Shown here: in pieces, positions 43,099 to 54,000 of the stretch | Position numbering within the stretch: position 1 is the stretch's first letter | Layout of the letters: every line of letters begins with the position of its first letter | Assembly (NCBI GenBank): GCA_964450965.1 | Contig: CAYVFF010000009.1 | Span: forward strand, 5,384-69,383 | Direction of reading: 5' to 3' | Length of the DNA stretch: 64,000 nucleotides | From: an uncultured Eubacterium sp. | GTDB lineage: Bacteria; Bacillota; Clostridia; Lachnospirales; Lachnospiraceae | The notes under the pieces: model-generated | The model's input: only the letters and a program-made list of their open reading frames with translations | The model's database searches: none | What the model was told of the DNA's origin: nothing | Position numbers and translations under genes: made by a program

Positions 43099-45774
43099 AT
43101 GAAGAAACGAAACCCCATCAAACTTATCGGTGCGCTTTTGCTCGCGTTTTTGCTGACACTCGAGCAGGGCGCGCAGATTGCGCACGCATATTCCGCTAGC
43201 GGCAGCAGGCCTAGCAACCCGCGGGTCGCCGCCGACGGGACCGTCACGTGGGACTGCGTGTGGTTCGGGAAGTATTGGCAGGAGGATACGGACGGAGACG
43301 GGAAAGTGACGACGTTTGACGACAAGCAGCCGATAAAGTGGCGCGTACTGTCGGTGGACGGCAACGACGCGTTCCTGCTCGCCGACCAAGTCCTGGACAA
43401 GCAGCGGTATAACGAGAAAAGGGCTGAAGTCACATGGGAGACGTCCACGATACGCAGCTGGCTGAACGGCTATGGCGCCTCGGAGAACAGGCAGAATCAG
43501 AATTACCAGGGCAAGAACCATAACTTCATAAGCATGGCATTCTCCTCGGAGGAGCAGGACGCGATAATTGCCACGCTGTTGGAAAATAAGGACAATCAGA
43601 CGCATGGGACCGATGGCGGGAACGACACTACCGATTCAGTGTTCCTCCTTTCCGAGGAGGAGATAATGAATCCGTCCTATGGGTTTGCCGGAAACAGGGA
43701 CGCCTCGCAGACCAGGGAGGCAACGGAGACGGGATATGTAAAAGACGGCGGAAGTCTCGGCACAAGATACGACCTGGGCTATTGGCTGAGGACGACGGGC
43801 GAGAAGAAGTACGATGCTCTTAGGGTCTATGGTAGCCGTGTCCCAGACTCTGGGTATATAGTGGAGGACGATTGCCATGCGGTGCGGCCGGCATTGCATC
43901 TGGATCTCTCGTCCAGCTGCTGGAGCAGCGCCGGGACGTCCGGCTCATGGAAAAACGATGGCGATAGCACGGGATCTGGATCTGGCGGTTCCGTCTCCAA
44001 CGGGCACACGTCTCCGGAGAATCCCGCCATATCGGACAGCGGCATGGTCACGTGGGACTGCGTGCAGTTCGGAAACTTCTGGCAGAGCGACACAAACGGG
44101 GACGGCAAGGTGGACGAAACCGATGAGAAGGAGCCGATAAAGTGGCGCGTGCTGTCGGTGGACGGCAACGATGCGTTCCTGCTCGCCGACCGCAATCTGT
44201 ATTATATGGAATATGGCGGCCCTTTGGCCGATGCGATGACGTGGGAAATGAGCAGCGTGCGTAGCTGGCTAAACGCATACGGCTCATCCGAGAACTACAA
44301 TGGGGAGGATTATCAGGAAAACGGCTTCCTAAAAAACGCCTTTTCGGATTCTGAGCAGGCGGCAATCCCGACTACGGATGTCGTAACCCCCGACAAATTG
44401 ACGGGGGACGACGGCCGCATAGAGGGAGGGCCGGACACGCGCGATAAAGTGTTCCTGCTGTCAACCGAGGAGGCATGCACGCCCGCTTATGGATTTAATA
44501 CGGATATTGGCGCGACAGAGGTGCGGGTGGCGCTGAATACGGAATATCCCGCGAGCGTATATAAATACAGCCATGTGGAGCCACAGGGCTATGCGGACTC
44601 CTGGTGGCTGCGCTCCCCGCATTACTTCAATAAAAAAGCGGATGGGAAGCCAACGTATTCCAATGTCGCGGCGCTCATTAAATCCACGGGCACGGTATAT
44701 CCTGAAGACGCCTATGGGAGCGCAGGCGTGCGCCCCGCCCTGCACCTGAATCTCTCCTCGTCCGGCTGGAAGATGGCCGGGACCGTGAGCGCGCCGGGAG
44801 GCCAGAAGCCGTCCGGCGGATCGTCAGGCAGCAGCGGGTCGTCGAATGGCGGGTCGTCGAACGGCACGTCCGGCAGCTCCTCGGAGAGCGGCTCCTCCAG
44901 CAGCGCGAAAAAGACGCAGACAATCACCGCGAGCGACTTGACGAAGACAGAGGGAGATAAGGATTTCTATCTGGGAGCGAAGACGAGCGGCGATGGCAAG
45001 CTGAGCTACAAGGGTTCAGATTCGGAAGTAGCATCCGTTTTCCCGAACGGACAAGTGTTTATCAATGGACCTGGAACCGCGCAAATCACGATCACGGCGT
45101 CGGAGACCGCGAAGTACAAGGCCGCGACCAAGACAATCACGCTGACCGTCAAGCCGCGGGAATCCTCCTCGGCGACCACGAAGAAAAAGGCGCAGAAAAT
45201 CACGGCGAGGAACGTGACGAAGGTAGCAAAGTATGGTGGTTCTGTTAGTTTCAATGTAAAAGCCTTTAAGGCAAAGACAAGCGGCAACGGCAAGCTGAGC
45301 TATAATAGCTCGGATTCAAAGGTGGCGAGCGTGCTCCCGGACGGGACTGTGCTTATCTACAAGCCTGGCAAAGTCATCATTACGATCACGGCGTCGGAGA
45401 CCGCAAAGTATAAGGAAGCGACCAAGAAAGTCACGCTTACGGTGAAGCCGTGCGGGATGTCGATCGACTTATATACGCCGACCAGGAAAAAGGCAATTGG
45501 CGTGGAATGGTATTGCGATATGGGCAAGCCTGATGGCGTGACCGGCTACCAGTTCCAGTGGTCGACGGACAGGAAGTTCAAGAAGAACGTGAAGACGGGA
45601 AGCCTGAAGAGCGAGGAGAGCGATGATGAAATTGTCGGAGAGGGAGATGTAGAGATCCGCGGACTGAAGCCCGGCAAGACCTATTACGTTCGTGCGCGGG
45701 CCTACGCTGGAAAAGGGAAAGGCAAGGTGGTGGGCAAGTACAGCGCAGTGAAGAAAATTAAAGTGAAGAAATGA
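43099..45774 (+). CDS. Secreted multidomain protein: 2 x DUF6273-like, Ser/Gly linker, 2 x bacterial Ig-like, Fn3
   Basis: Signal peptide ending AHA. Duplicated IKWRVLSVDGNDAFLLAD...RSWLN modules. SGSS linker. Repeated KLSY..SDS.VASV Ig-like modules. Fn3-like C-terminus. AGGAGG lies 8 nt before the ATG at 43099. Confidence 0.8.
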   Translation: MKKRNPIKLIGALLLAFLLTLEQGAQIAHAYSASGSRPSNPRVAADGTVTWDCVWFGKYWQEDTDGDGKVTTFDDKQPIKWRVLSVDGNDAFLLADQVLDKQRYNEKRAEVTWETSTIRSWLNGYGASENRQNQNYQGKNHNFISMAFSSEEQDAIIATLLENKDNQTHGTDGGNDTTDSVFLLSEEEIMNPSYGFAGNRDASQTREATETGYVKDGGSLGTRYDLGYWLRTTGEKKYDALRVYGSRVPDSGYIVEDDCHAVRPALHLDLSSSCWSSAGTSGSWKNDGDSTGSGSGGSVSNGHTSPENPAISDSGMVTWDCVQFGNFWQSDTNGDGKVDETDEKEPIKWRVLSVDGNDAFLLADRNLYYMEYGGPLADAMTWEMSSVRSWLNAYGSSENYNGEDYQENGFLKNAFSDSEQAAIPTTDVVTPDKLTGDDGRIEGGPDTRDKVFLLSTEEACTPAYGFNTDIGATEVRVALNTEYPASVYKYSHVEPQGYADSWWLRSPHYFNKKADGKPTYSNVAALIKSTGTVYPEDAYGSAGVRPALHLNLSSSGWKMAGTVSAPGGQKPSGGSSGSSGSSNGGSSNGTSGSSSESGSSSSAKKTQTITASDLTKTEGDKDFYLGAKTSGDGKLSYKGSDSEVASVFPNGQVFINGPGTAQITITASETAKYKAATKTITLTVKPRESSSATTKKKAQKITARNVTKVAKYGGSVSFNVKAFKAKTSGNGKLSYNSSDSKVASVLPDGTVLIYKPGKVIITITASETAKYKEATKKVTLTVKPCGMSIDLYTPTRKKAIGVEWYCDMGKPDGVTGYQFQWSTDRKFKKNVKTGSLKSEESDDEIVGEGDVEIRGLKPGKTYYVRARAYAGKGKGKVVGKYSAVKKIKVKK

Positions 45775-45837
45775 CAAGCAGAGATGACGCTTATCAGCGT
45801 GTAATTGCCGAAAAGAAACAAGATATTCTGATATGCC

Positions 45838-45871
45838 GGATGGCGCGGTGTCCAACTGGGCACCGCGCCAT
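45838..45871. terminator. Strong GC hairpin downstream of the DUF6273 gene
   Basis: GATGGCGCGGTG-tccaactggg-CACCGCGCCATC (12 bp stem). No clear U-tract on either strand. Confidence 0.45.
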
Positions 45872-46042
45872 CTCTATGCCCACCGGTTTCACGTAGTCCA
45901 GCGGCATCTTTTTCATGCCATCCTCGAATGTCAATTCCTCCATGAAAATATTCACCGCCTCCCGCTCTTCAAACAACCGTGGATGCCTCGCTCTTAATGT
46001 CAGCCCTAAAAGGCTGACACTGGGTCTGCGGTACTGCTCATC

Positions 46043-46143
46043 ATTTCAATCCGCGCTCCCCATGCGGGGAACGACAAGTTTAGCGGCTAAACTGAGTAGT
46101 TAGGATAAACATTTCAATCCATGCTCCCCATGTGGGAAAGCGA
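46043..46143 (-). CRISPR. Two-repeat, one-spacer type I-C-like CRISPR remnant (orphan)
   Basis: 33 nt repeats at 46043-46075 and 46111-46143, separated by a 35 nt spacer. On the minus strand they read GTCGTTCCCCGCATGGGGAGCGCGGATTGAAAT and TCGCTTTCCCACATGGGGAGCATGGATTGAAAT. Confidence 0.55.
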
Positions 46144-46353
46144 TGCGCAGCTAGCAAGCCACGGGCGTATTTTCTCCTCCAATGGCTGCTCCCTGCCATC
46201 CTCCGACCTGTGGGCCAGAAACATAAACATCCCCCTCTCCACGGGCTGGACTCGCGCCCTTCTATCTCATCTCACATCCAGCCGCCGGTATGCGTATGAA
46301 TAAATTTTACCAGTTTATCTGTCCTATAAACACCCCTTATACATCGCAGCCTG

Positions 46354-46390
46354 AAAAAAACAGCCGCCCAGGCGAACCAGGAACGGCTGT
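46354..46390 (-). terminator. Rho-independent terminator of tuf
   Basis: On the minus strand: ACAGCCG-(17 nt)-CGGCTGT followed by T7. Confidence 0.75.
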
Positions 46391-46422
46391 TTTGCTATTT
46401 TCGTTATGGCACTGAACCCACG

Positions 46423-47610
46423 TTACTCGATGATGGAAGCAACGCGTCCGGATCCTACGGTGCGGCCGCCCTCGCGGATAGCGAAGGTGAGACCCTGCTC
46501 CATAGCTACGGGATGGATCAGCTCGATCGTCATCTCGATATTGTCGCCGGGCATGCACATCTCGGTGCCTGCGGGCAGGTTGCATACGCCCGTCACATCA
46601 GTGGTGCGGAAATAAAACTGCGGGCGATAGTTATTGAAGAACGGCGTATGGCGGCCGCCCTCGTCCTTGGTCAGGACGTAGACCTGCGCGGTAAATTTGT
46701 GATGGCAGGTCACGGTACCGGGCTTGCACAGGCACTGCCCGCGGACGATCTGGTCGCGGTTGATGCCCCGGAGCAAAGCTCCGATATTGTCGCCGGCCAT
46801 AGCCTCGTCAAGCTGCTTGCGGAACATCTCGATACCGGTAACGACCGTCTTCTGCGTCTCTTCCTTGACGCCGATAATCTCCAGCTCATCGCTGAGATGC
46901 AGCGTACCGCGCTCCACGCGGCCGGTAGCGACTGTGCCTCGGCCGGTGATGGTGAATACGTCCTCGACAGGCATAAGGAACGGCTTGTCGGTGTCGCGCT
47001 GCGGATCCGGTATGTAGCTGTCTACCGTGTCCATCAGCTCCATAATCTTGTCGCCCCACTCGCTGCCGGGATCCTCGAGCGCCTTGAGCGCGGAGCCCTT
47101 GATGATAGGGCAATCCTTGAAGCCGTATTCCTCGAGCTGCTCGGTAACCTCCATCTCCACGAGCTCGATCAGCTCGTCGTCGTCCACCATGTCGCATTTA
47201 TTAAGGAAAACGACGATATAGGGAACGCCCACCTGGCGGGACAGAAGTATATGCTCCTTCGTCTGAGCCATGACGCCGTCGGTAGCGGCGACCACGAGAA
47301 TCGCGCCGTCCATCTGCGCCGCTCCGGTAATCATGTTCTTTACGTAATCCGCGTGGCCGGGGCAGTCAACGTGAGCGTAATGCCTCTTCTCGGTCTGATA
47401 CTCTACGTGAGCGGTAGAAATCGTGATGCCGCGCTCCCTCTCCTCGGGAGCCTTGTCGATGTTCTCGAAATCTACTTTCTGGTTTCCGGGAACTCGCTCT
47501 GCCAGCACCTTGGTGATAGCTGCGGTCAGCGTGGTCTTGCCATGGTCGACGTGACCGATGGTGCCGATATTGCAATGCGGTTTTGTTCTTTCAAATTTAG
47601 CCTTTGCCAT
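46423..47610 (-). CDS. tuf: Elongation factor Tu
   Basis: [33 protein letters not shown] and full-length EF-Tu similarity. Confidence 0.97.
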   Translation of the reverse strand: MAKAKFERTKPHCNIGTIGHVDHGKTTLTAAITKVLAERVPGNQKVDFENIDKAPEERERGITISTAHVEYQTEKRHYAHVDCPGHADYVKNMITGAAQMDGAILVVAATDGVMAQTKEHILLSRQVGVPYIVVFLNKCDMVDDDELIELVEMEVTEQLEEYGFKDCPIIKGSALKALEDPGSEWGDKIMELMDTVDSYIPDPQRDTDKPFLMPVEDVFTITGRGTVATGRVERGTLHLSDELEIIGVKEETQKTVVTGIEMFRKQLDEAMAGDNIGALLRGINRDQIVRGQCLCKPGTVTCHHKFTAQVYVLTKDEGGRHTPFFNNYRPQFYFRTTDVTGVCNLPAGTEMCMPGDNIEMTIELIHPVAMEQGLTFAIREGGRTVGSGRVASIIE

Positions 47611-47736
47611 TTCGAAGTGTCCTCCTTGATTTTCTGCCCCTCCGGGGCGTTACCTACGTTAATAAAGCCGCCCATAGCATTGATTATATCAGAAACTATG
47701 AGTTTTTCAAGTATTTCATAGGAAATACTCTTGAAA

Positions 47737-49854
47737 TTATTTGCCCTGCGAAGATATAATCTTGTCCTGCACGGACTTCGGAACCTGCTCGTATTTCTCA
47801 AAAAACATCGAGTAGTTGCCGCGCCCCTGCGTCCTGGAACGCAGGTCTGTGGAGTATCCGAACATCTCCGCCAGCGGCACGAAAGCACGGACTATCTTGC
47901 CGTTTCCAACATCGTCCATTCCCTCGATGCGGCCCCTGCGGGAGTTCAGGTCTCCGATGACGTCGCCCATGTACTCCTCCGGCATGGTCACCTCCACCTT
48001 CATGATCGGCTCCAGGATTGCCGGCGCCGCCTTGCGCATGGCCTCCTTGAAGCACATGGAGCCCGCGATATGAAATGCCATCTCCGATGAGTCGACCTCG
48101 TGGAACGAGCCATCGAACACGGTCGCATGGACGCCCAGCACCGGGAATCCCGCGAGCGTGCCGGCCTTCGCGGCCTCCTCGATACCCTCGCCTACCGCGG
48201 GGATGTATTCCTTTGGAATAGCGCCGCCGACAACCTCGGAATCAAATTTGAACAGCTCGTCGCCGTTCGCGTCCATCGGCTCGAAACGCACCTTGCAATG
48301 GCCGTACTGTCCGCGCCCGCCCGACTGCTTCGCGTATTTGTATTCCTGCTCCACGGTCTTCGTGAACGTCTCCTTGTATGCCACCTGCGGCGCGCCAACG
48401 TTCGCCTCTACCTTGAATTCGCGCAGCAATCGGTCTACGATGATCTCCAGGTGGAGTTCTCCCATGCCGGCGATAATCGTCTGCCCGGTCTCCTGGTTCG
48501 TATGCGCCCTGAACGTGGGATCCTCCTCCGCCAGCTTGGCGAGGGCCTCGCCCATCTTTCCCTGGCCGGCCTTGGTCTTCGGCTCGATCGCGAGCTCGAT
48601 GACCGGCTCCGGAAATTCCATCGACTCGAGGATGACGGGGTGCTGCTCGTCGCAGATCGTGTCGCCGGTCGTGGTCAGCTTGAAGCCGACCGCCGCCGCG
48701 ATATCGCCGGAATATACGATATCCAGCTCCTCCCTCTTGTTCGCGTGCATCTGCAGTATGCGGCCGATGCGCTCCTTTTTGTCCTTGGTGGCATTCAATA
48801 CATATGAACCCGACTTGCATGTGCCTGAATAGACGCGAAAATATGCCAGCTTCCCCACAAACGGGTCTGCCATAATCTTGAACGCGAGCGCCGAAAACGG
48901 CTCCTCATCCGATGAATGCCGCTCCACCTCGTTGCCCTTGAGGTCGACGCCCTTAATCGGGGGCACGTCCAGCGGGGACGGCATATATTCCACGATCGCG
49001 TCAAGCGCCTTCTGCACGCCCTTGTTACGATACGCCGAACCGCAGCATACGGGTACCGCGCGGCACTCGCACGTCGCGAGCCTCAGGGCCGCTTTCATCT
49101 CGTCCACTCCGGGCTCCTCGCCCTCGAGGTATTTCATCATAAGGTCGTCGTCAAGCTCGCAGATTTTTTCTATCAGCTCCGTGCGGTACAGGTCCGCCTC
49201 CTCCGCCATGTCGCCCAGGTCGTCGGTGACCGTGATGTCCTCGCCTTTTTCATCATTGTAGATGTAGGCCTTCATCTCGAACAGGTCGATGATGCCCTTG
49301 AAAGTGTCCTCTTTTCCTATTGGCAGCTGCAGTATGATTGCGTTCTTCCCCAGACGGGTGCGGATCTGGTCGACCGCGCCGTAAAAATTCGCGCCCAGGA
49401 TATCCATCTTGTTGATGAAAGCCATCCGCGGCACGTTGTATGTGTCCGCCTGGCGCCATACGTTTTCCGACTGCGGCTCCACGCCGCCCTTAGCGCAAAA
49501 TACGCCGACCGCTCCATCCAGGACGCGCAGGGAGCGCTCTACTTCTACCGTGAAATCCACATGTCCCGGCGTATCAATGATGTTGATGCGGTGTTCCAGG
49601 GCGCCCGGCTTGGGCTTTGCCTGCTCCTGCAGCGTCCAGTGGCATGTCGTGGCGGCCGAGGTTATGGTAATCCCGCGCTCCTGCTCCTGCGCCATCCAGT
49701 CCATGGTGGCGGTGCCGTCGTGCGTATCGCCAATCTTGTAATTTACGCCGGTATAATAGAGAATACGCTCTGTCATAGTGGTCTTACCCGCATCGATATG
49801 AGCCATAATCCCTATATTCCTGGTTCTCTCTAACGGATATTCTCTTCCAGCCAA
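47737..49854 (-). CDS. fusA: Elongation factor G
   Basis: [25 protein letters not shown] and full-length EF-G similarity. Confidence 0.97.
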   Translation of the reverse strand: MAGREYPLERTRNIGIMAHIDAGKTTMTERILYYTGVNYKIGDTHDGTATMDWMAQEQERGITITSAATTCHWTLQEQAKPKPGALEHRINIIDTPGHVDFTVEVERSLRVLDGAVGVFCAKGGVEPQSENVWRQADTYNVPRMAFINKMDILGANFYGAVDQIRTRLGKNAIILQLPIGKEDTFKGIIDLFEMKAYIYNDEKGEDITVTDDLGDMAEEADLYRTELIEKICELDDDLMMKYLEGEEPGVDEMKAALRLATCECRAVPVCCGSAYRNKGVQKALDAIVEYMPSPLDVPPIKGVDLKGNEVERHSSDEEPFSALAFKIMADPFVGKLAYFRVYSGTCKSGSYVLNATKDKKERIGRILQMHANKREELDIVYSGDIAAAVGFKLTTTGDTICDEQHPVILESMEFPEPVIELAIEPKTKAGQGKMGEALAKLAEEDPTFRAHTNQETGQTIIAGMGELHLEIIVDRLLREFKVEANVGAPQVAYKETFTKTVEQEYKYAKQSGGRGQYGHCKVRFEPMDANGDELFKFDSEVVGGAIPKEYIPAVGEGIEEAAKAGTLAGFPVLGVHATVFDGSFHEVDSSEMAFHIAGSMCFKEAMRKAAPAILEPIMKVEVTMPEEYMGDVIGDLNSRRGRIEGMDDVGNGKIVRAFVPLAEMFGYSTDLRSRTQGRGNYSMFFEKYEQVPKSVQDKIISSQGK

Positions 49855-49866
49855 GATTTTTTCCTC

Positions 49867-50337
49867 CTAGAATCTGTAGTGCGCAAAAGCCTTGTTCGCC
49901 TCTGCCATCTTGTGCATGTCTTCTTTTCTCTTTACAGACGCGCCGGTATTGTTCGCCGCATCCATTATCTCGTTCGCCAGCCTCTCTTCCTGGGTCTTCT
50001 CGCCCCTCTTGCGGGAGAACATGGTCAGCCATCGCAGGGCCAGGGCCTGCCTGCGATCCGGGCGGACCTCGATCGGCACCTGGTACGTGGCGCCGCCGAT
50101 ACGCCTCGCCTTAACCTCGAGCAACGGCATGACGTTATTCATCGCCTCCTCGAAAACCTCCAGCGCGGGCTTGCCGGTCTTTTCTTCCACCCTGGCGAAC
50201 GCTCCGTATACAATCTTCTGCGCGACCCCTTTTTTACCGTCAAGCATTATGTTGTTGATAAGTTTGGTGACCACGACGCTATTGTATATCGGATCTGCCA
50301 ATACCTCTCTCTTCTGAGTATGTCCTTTACGCGGCAC
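49867..50337 (-). CDS. rpsG: 30S ribosomal protein S7
   Basis: [20 protein letters not shown]... Confidence 0.95.
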   Translation of the reverse strand: MPRKGHTQKREVLADPIYNSVVVTKLINNIMLDGKKGVAQKIVYGAFARVEEKTGKPALEVFEEAMNNVMPLLEVKARRIGGATYQVPIEVRPDRRQALALRWLTMFSRKRGEKTQEERLANEIMDAANNTGASVKRKEDMHKMAEANKAFAHYRF

Positions 50338-50487
50338 GATACTTCCCTCCTTAATAATCGTATTAAATCATCGGTACTCACATGTGTCCTCTAATGTGTC
50401 CGTGCGGAAATCTATCATTTATGGGAATAGAAAATTCCAACACTTACCTTAGTTCTGTTTGTGGTACTGCCCTAACTCATGCGGAAA

Positions 50488-50907
50488 TTACTTTCCCGCC
50501 TTGGGACGCTTCGCGCCGTATTTCGAACGGGCTTTTTTCCTGTTCGCCACGCCTGCGGTATCCAGCGTGCCCCTGATGATGTGGTAACGCGTACCGGGCA
50601 GGTCCTTGACACGCCCGCCGCGAATCAGGACGACGCTGTGCTCCTGCAGGTTGTGTCCTTCGCCCGGAATGTAGCTGGTCACCTCTATCCCGTTTGAAAG
50701 GCGCACCCTGGCAATCTTGCGCAGAGCGGAGTTAGGCTTTTTAGGAGTGGCTGTCTTGACCGCGGTGCATACGCCCCTCTTCTGAGGGGAAGAAGTATCG
50801 ATTGGCCTTTTCTTCAGAGAATTAAAACCCCTCTGCAGAGCCGGCGCGGCTGACTTCTTGACTCCAGTCTGCCTTCCCTTCCTCACTAACTGGTTAAATG
50901 TCGGCAT
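50488..50907 (-). CDS. rpsL: 30S ribosomal protein S12
   Basis: [12 protein letters not shown]... AGGAGGTG SD before the ATG at 50907. The track start at 50916 adds 3 non-conserved residues. Confidence 0.95.
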   Translation of the reverse strand: MPTFNQLVRKGRQTGVKKSAAPALQRGFNSLKKRPIDTSSPQKRGVCTAVKTATPKKPNSALRKIARVRLSNGIEVTSYIPGEGHNLQEHSVVLIRGGRVKDLPGTRYHIIRGTLDTAGVANRKKARSKYGAKRPKAGK

Positions 50908-51008
50908 TCTATTCACCTCCTGTTTTTAATATTTTGCGGGCGGCAAAAAACCGTCCGGCATATGCATTGCAGGCCCGCCGGCTTTCGGCGAAGACTGCAC
51001 GCTTATCA

Positions 51009-51037
51009 ATTATAGACACGATAAAGCGCCATGTCAA
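51009..51037 (-). promoter_or_regulatory. Consensus sigma-A promoter of the str operon (rpsL-rpsG-fusA-tuf)
   Basis: On the minus strand: TTGACA (51037-51032, overlapping the rpoC stop codon), 17 nt spacer, TATAAT (51014-51009). Confidence 0.7.
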
Positions 51038-54000
51038 GGGATTATTTCCTCATCCCCCGCGGCATGCACGGCATCCTCCGCCGCCTCCGGCTCTTCGGCT
51101 CCATCCGGCTCCTCGGCTATTTCCGGCTCCTCGGCTACCTCCGGATCTCGCGGATAGGCCTCCGGCTCTGCAGCCTCCTCCGGCTCCTCCGCGTCATCCT
51201 CTAGCCCGCCGGCTTCCTCAGCCGCCCTGTCCAGCTCGTCGTCATCGAAGAAATCCTCGTCCCCGATGAGCTCGTCATCGAGAAAATCGTCTTCTCCATC
51301 AGGCGGCAGATCCCCATCGTCATCGAAGCTGTCTACGAAAGCAGCGTCGCTAAAATCCTCATCGTCATCGTCGAAATCCGCCTGTTCAAACATCTCCTCC
51401 TGGCGCAGCAGCGCCTCCATGCGCTCGTCGGTATTCAGCTTGATGTTGCGGTACCGTTTCATGCCGGTTCCCGCCGGAATCGGCTTTCCGATGATGACGT
51501 TCTCCTTCATTCCGATCAGGGAGTCCACCTTGCCCTTGATAGCCGCCTCGGTCAGCACCTTGGTAGTCTCCTGGAAGGACGCGGCCGACAGGAACGAATT
51601 GGTCGCAAGCGCCGCCTTGGTGATGCCCAGCAGGATCTGCGTGCCCTCCGCCGGCGTCTTGCCCTCTCTTACCAGCCTCTCATTAACATCCTCGAAATCC
51701 AGCTCATCCACCATAGTCCCCGGCAGGAAATTGGAATCCCCGTTTTCATCCACGCGGACTTTCTGCAGCATCTGGTGCACTATGACCTCGATGTGCTTAT
51801 CGTTTATCTCCACGCCCTGCAGGCGATATACGCGCTGGACCTCGCGCAGCATATAATCCTGCGCGGCGCGAACGCCCTTGATCTTCAAGATGTCATGAGG
51901 GTTCACGGAGCCCTCGGTCAGCTCGTCGCCAGCCTCCAGCAGCGCGCCGTCCGAGATCTTGATATGCGAGCCATACGGGATAAGGTAGCTTTTCGACTCA
52001 TTTGTCTCCGGGTCGGTGACGACAATCTCGCGCTTCTTTTTAGTGTCCTTTATGGTGGCAATACCGCCGGATTCGGTGATTATGGCAAGCCCTTTAGGCT
52101 TCCTGGCTTCAAATATCTCCTCCACGCGCGGAAGACCCTGCGTGATATCATTGCCGGCGACGCCGCCGGTATGGAACGTGCGCATAGTCAGCTGCGTGCC
52201 CGGTTCGCCTATGGACTGCGCGGCGATAATGCCTATGGCCTCGCCCACCTGCACAGCCTGGCCGGTAGCCATGTTGGAACCGTAGCACTTGGCGCAGACC
52301 CCCATGTGGGATCTGCACGTCAGGATCGTGCGGATCTTCACGCGGGTCAGCGGATTTCCGTCCGCATCCGCGCCGTCCGCTATAATGGCCTCCGCGCGCC
52401 TCGGCGTGATCATATGGTTCGCCTTGACTATGACGTTCCCATCCTTGTCATATATATCCTCCGCCGCAAAACGCCCGGTAATGCGGTCCTGCAGGCTCTC
52501 GATCTCCTCTTTTCCGTCCATGAACGCCTTTACATAGATGCCGGGGATCTCCCTGTCGGTCCCCTGGCAGCAATCGGACTCGCGAACTATCATGTGCTGC
52601 GATACGTCCACCAGGCGCCTGGTCAGGTATCCGCTGTCGGCGGTACGCAGCGCGGTATCCGAAAGGCCCTTGCGCGCGCCGTGCGCGGACATGAAATACT
52701 CCAGCACATCCAGGCCCTCGCGGAAGTTTGATTTTATCGGCAGTTCGATGGTCCGGCCCGTCGTATCGGCCATCAGCCCGCGCATCCCGGCAAGCTGCTT
52801 GATCTGCTTGTCGGAACCGCGCGCCCCGGAGTCAGCCATCATGAAGATATTGTTGTATTTATCCAATCCGGAGAGCAGCGCGGCCGTCAGCTCGTCGTCC
52901 GTATCCTTCCACGTATCGACGACTTCCTTATAACGCTCCTCCTCCGTGATGAGCCCGCGCTTGTACTGCTTCGTGATGCGGTCTACCGTATCCTGGGCGT
53001 TCTGGATCAGCTCCGGCTTTTTCTCCGGCACTGTCATATCCGAAATGGACACGGTCATGGCGGCCCTCGTCGAATATTTATAGCCCATCGCCTTGATGTC
53101 GTCTAGCACCTCGGCGGTCCTGGTCGCGCCATGAATATTTATGACCTTCTCCAAAATCCTCTTCAGATCCTTCTTGCCGACATGGAAGTCTATCTCCAGT
53201 TTCAGATAATCTTCGGGCCTCTCCCGCTTCACGAAGTCAAGGTCCTGCGGGATAATCTCGTTAAAAATCAGCCGACCCAGCGTCGTCTCTATCGTGCCGG
53301 AGACCGTCTCGCCATCCGGGGTGACCGCCGTCTGCCCGACCCTGATGGACTGGTGGAGGCTGACGCCGCCATTCTCATATGCCAGCAGCGCCTGGTTGGT
53401 GCTGCTGAAGAAGCGGCCCAGGGCATCCTCCGGCATGCATATTACGGTGCGCTCGGATTCGTCATGCGTGTGATAATATATCATGTCGTGGACATGGATC
53501 TCTCCCGCATCCAACGCCGCCCTTACCTCGTCTTTGGATTCGTATACCTTTTCATTTACCGGCTCCGCCCCGTTGCCCGTATAATCCGGCAGCTTGAACA
53601 TCGTCAGATAGTAGATGCCAAGCACCATGTCCTGGGACGGCACCGCCACCGGGCCGCCGTCCGAGGGCTTTAGCAGATTATTGGGGGAGAGCAGCATAAA
53701 GCGGCACTCCGCCTGCGCCTCCTGCGATAGCGGCAGATGGACTGCCATCTGGTCGCCGTCGAAATCGGCGTTGAACGCGGTACATACCAGGGGATGCAGC
53801 TTTATCGCCTTGCCCTCCACTAGGATAGGCTCGAAAGCCTGGATGCCCAGCCTGTGGAGCGTGGGAGCGCGGTTCAGCATGACTGGATGTTCCTTTATGA
53901 CATCCTCCAGGACATCCCATACCTCGGGCTGCAGCCGCTCTACCATCTTTTTCGCGCTCTTGATATTGTGCGCGGTGCCGTTCGCCACCAACTCCTTCAT

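Noticed and set aside
43240-44200. Two regions of about 150 bp in the DUF6273 gene (about 43240-43392 and 44048-44200) are highly similar, which suggested a diversity-generating retroelement TR/VR pair.
   Set aside because: The mismatches are not restricted to adenine positions, both copies are in frame within the same gene as duplicated domains, and no reverse transcriptase is present in the window. This is ordinary domain duplication.
45794-45976. 60 aa minus-strand ORF (MFEEREAVNIFMEELTFEDGMKKMPLDYVKPVG...) just downstream of the CRISPR remnant, considered as a cas gene fragment.
   Set aside because: It shows no resemblance to the Cas1, Cas2 or Cas4 termini that I can recall, and its second half is read through the 12 bp GC hairpin at 45838-45871. 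It could be a remnant of a disrupted gene, but that cannot be supported from sequence alone.
46513-47721. 402 aa ORF antisense to tuf. Similar long antisense ORFs lie at 48916-49833 (fusA), 31432-32766 (ABC-class ATPase gene), 20210-21190 (metY), 25796-26764 (MCP gene) and 33191-33952 (GGDEF gene).
   Set aside because: Each lies opposite an unmistakable conserved gene. All have low-complexity composition, and none has a ribosome-binding site or recognisable domain.
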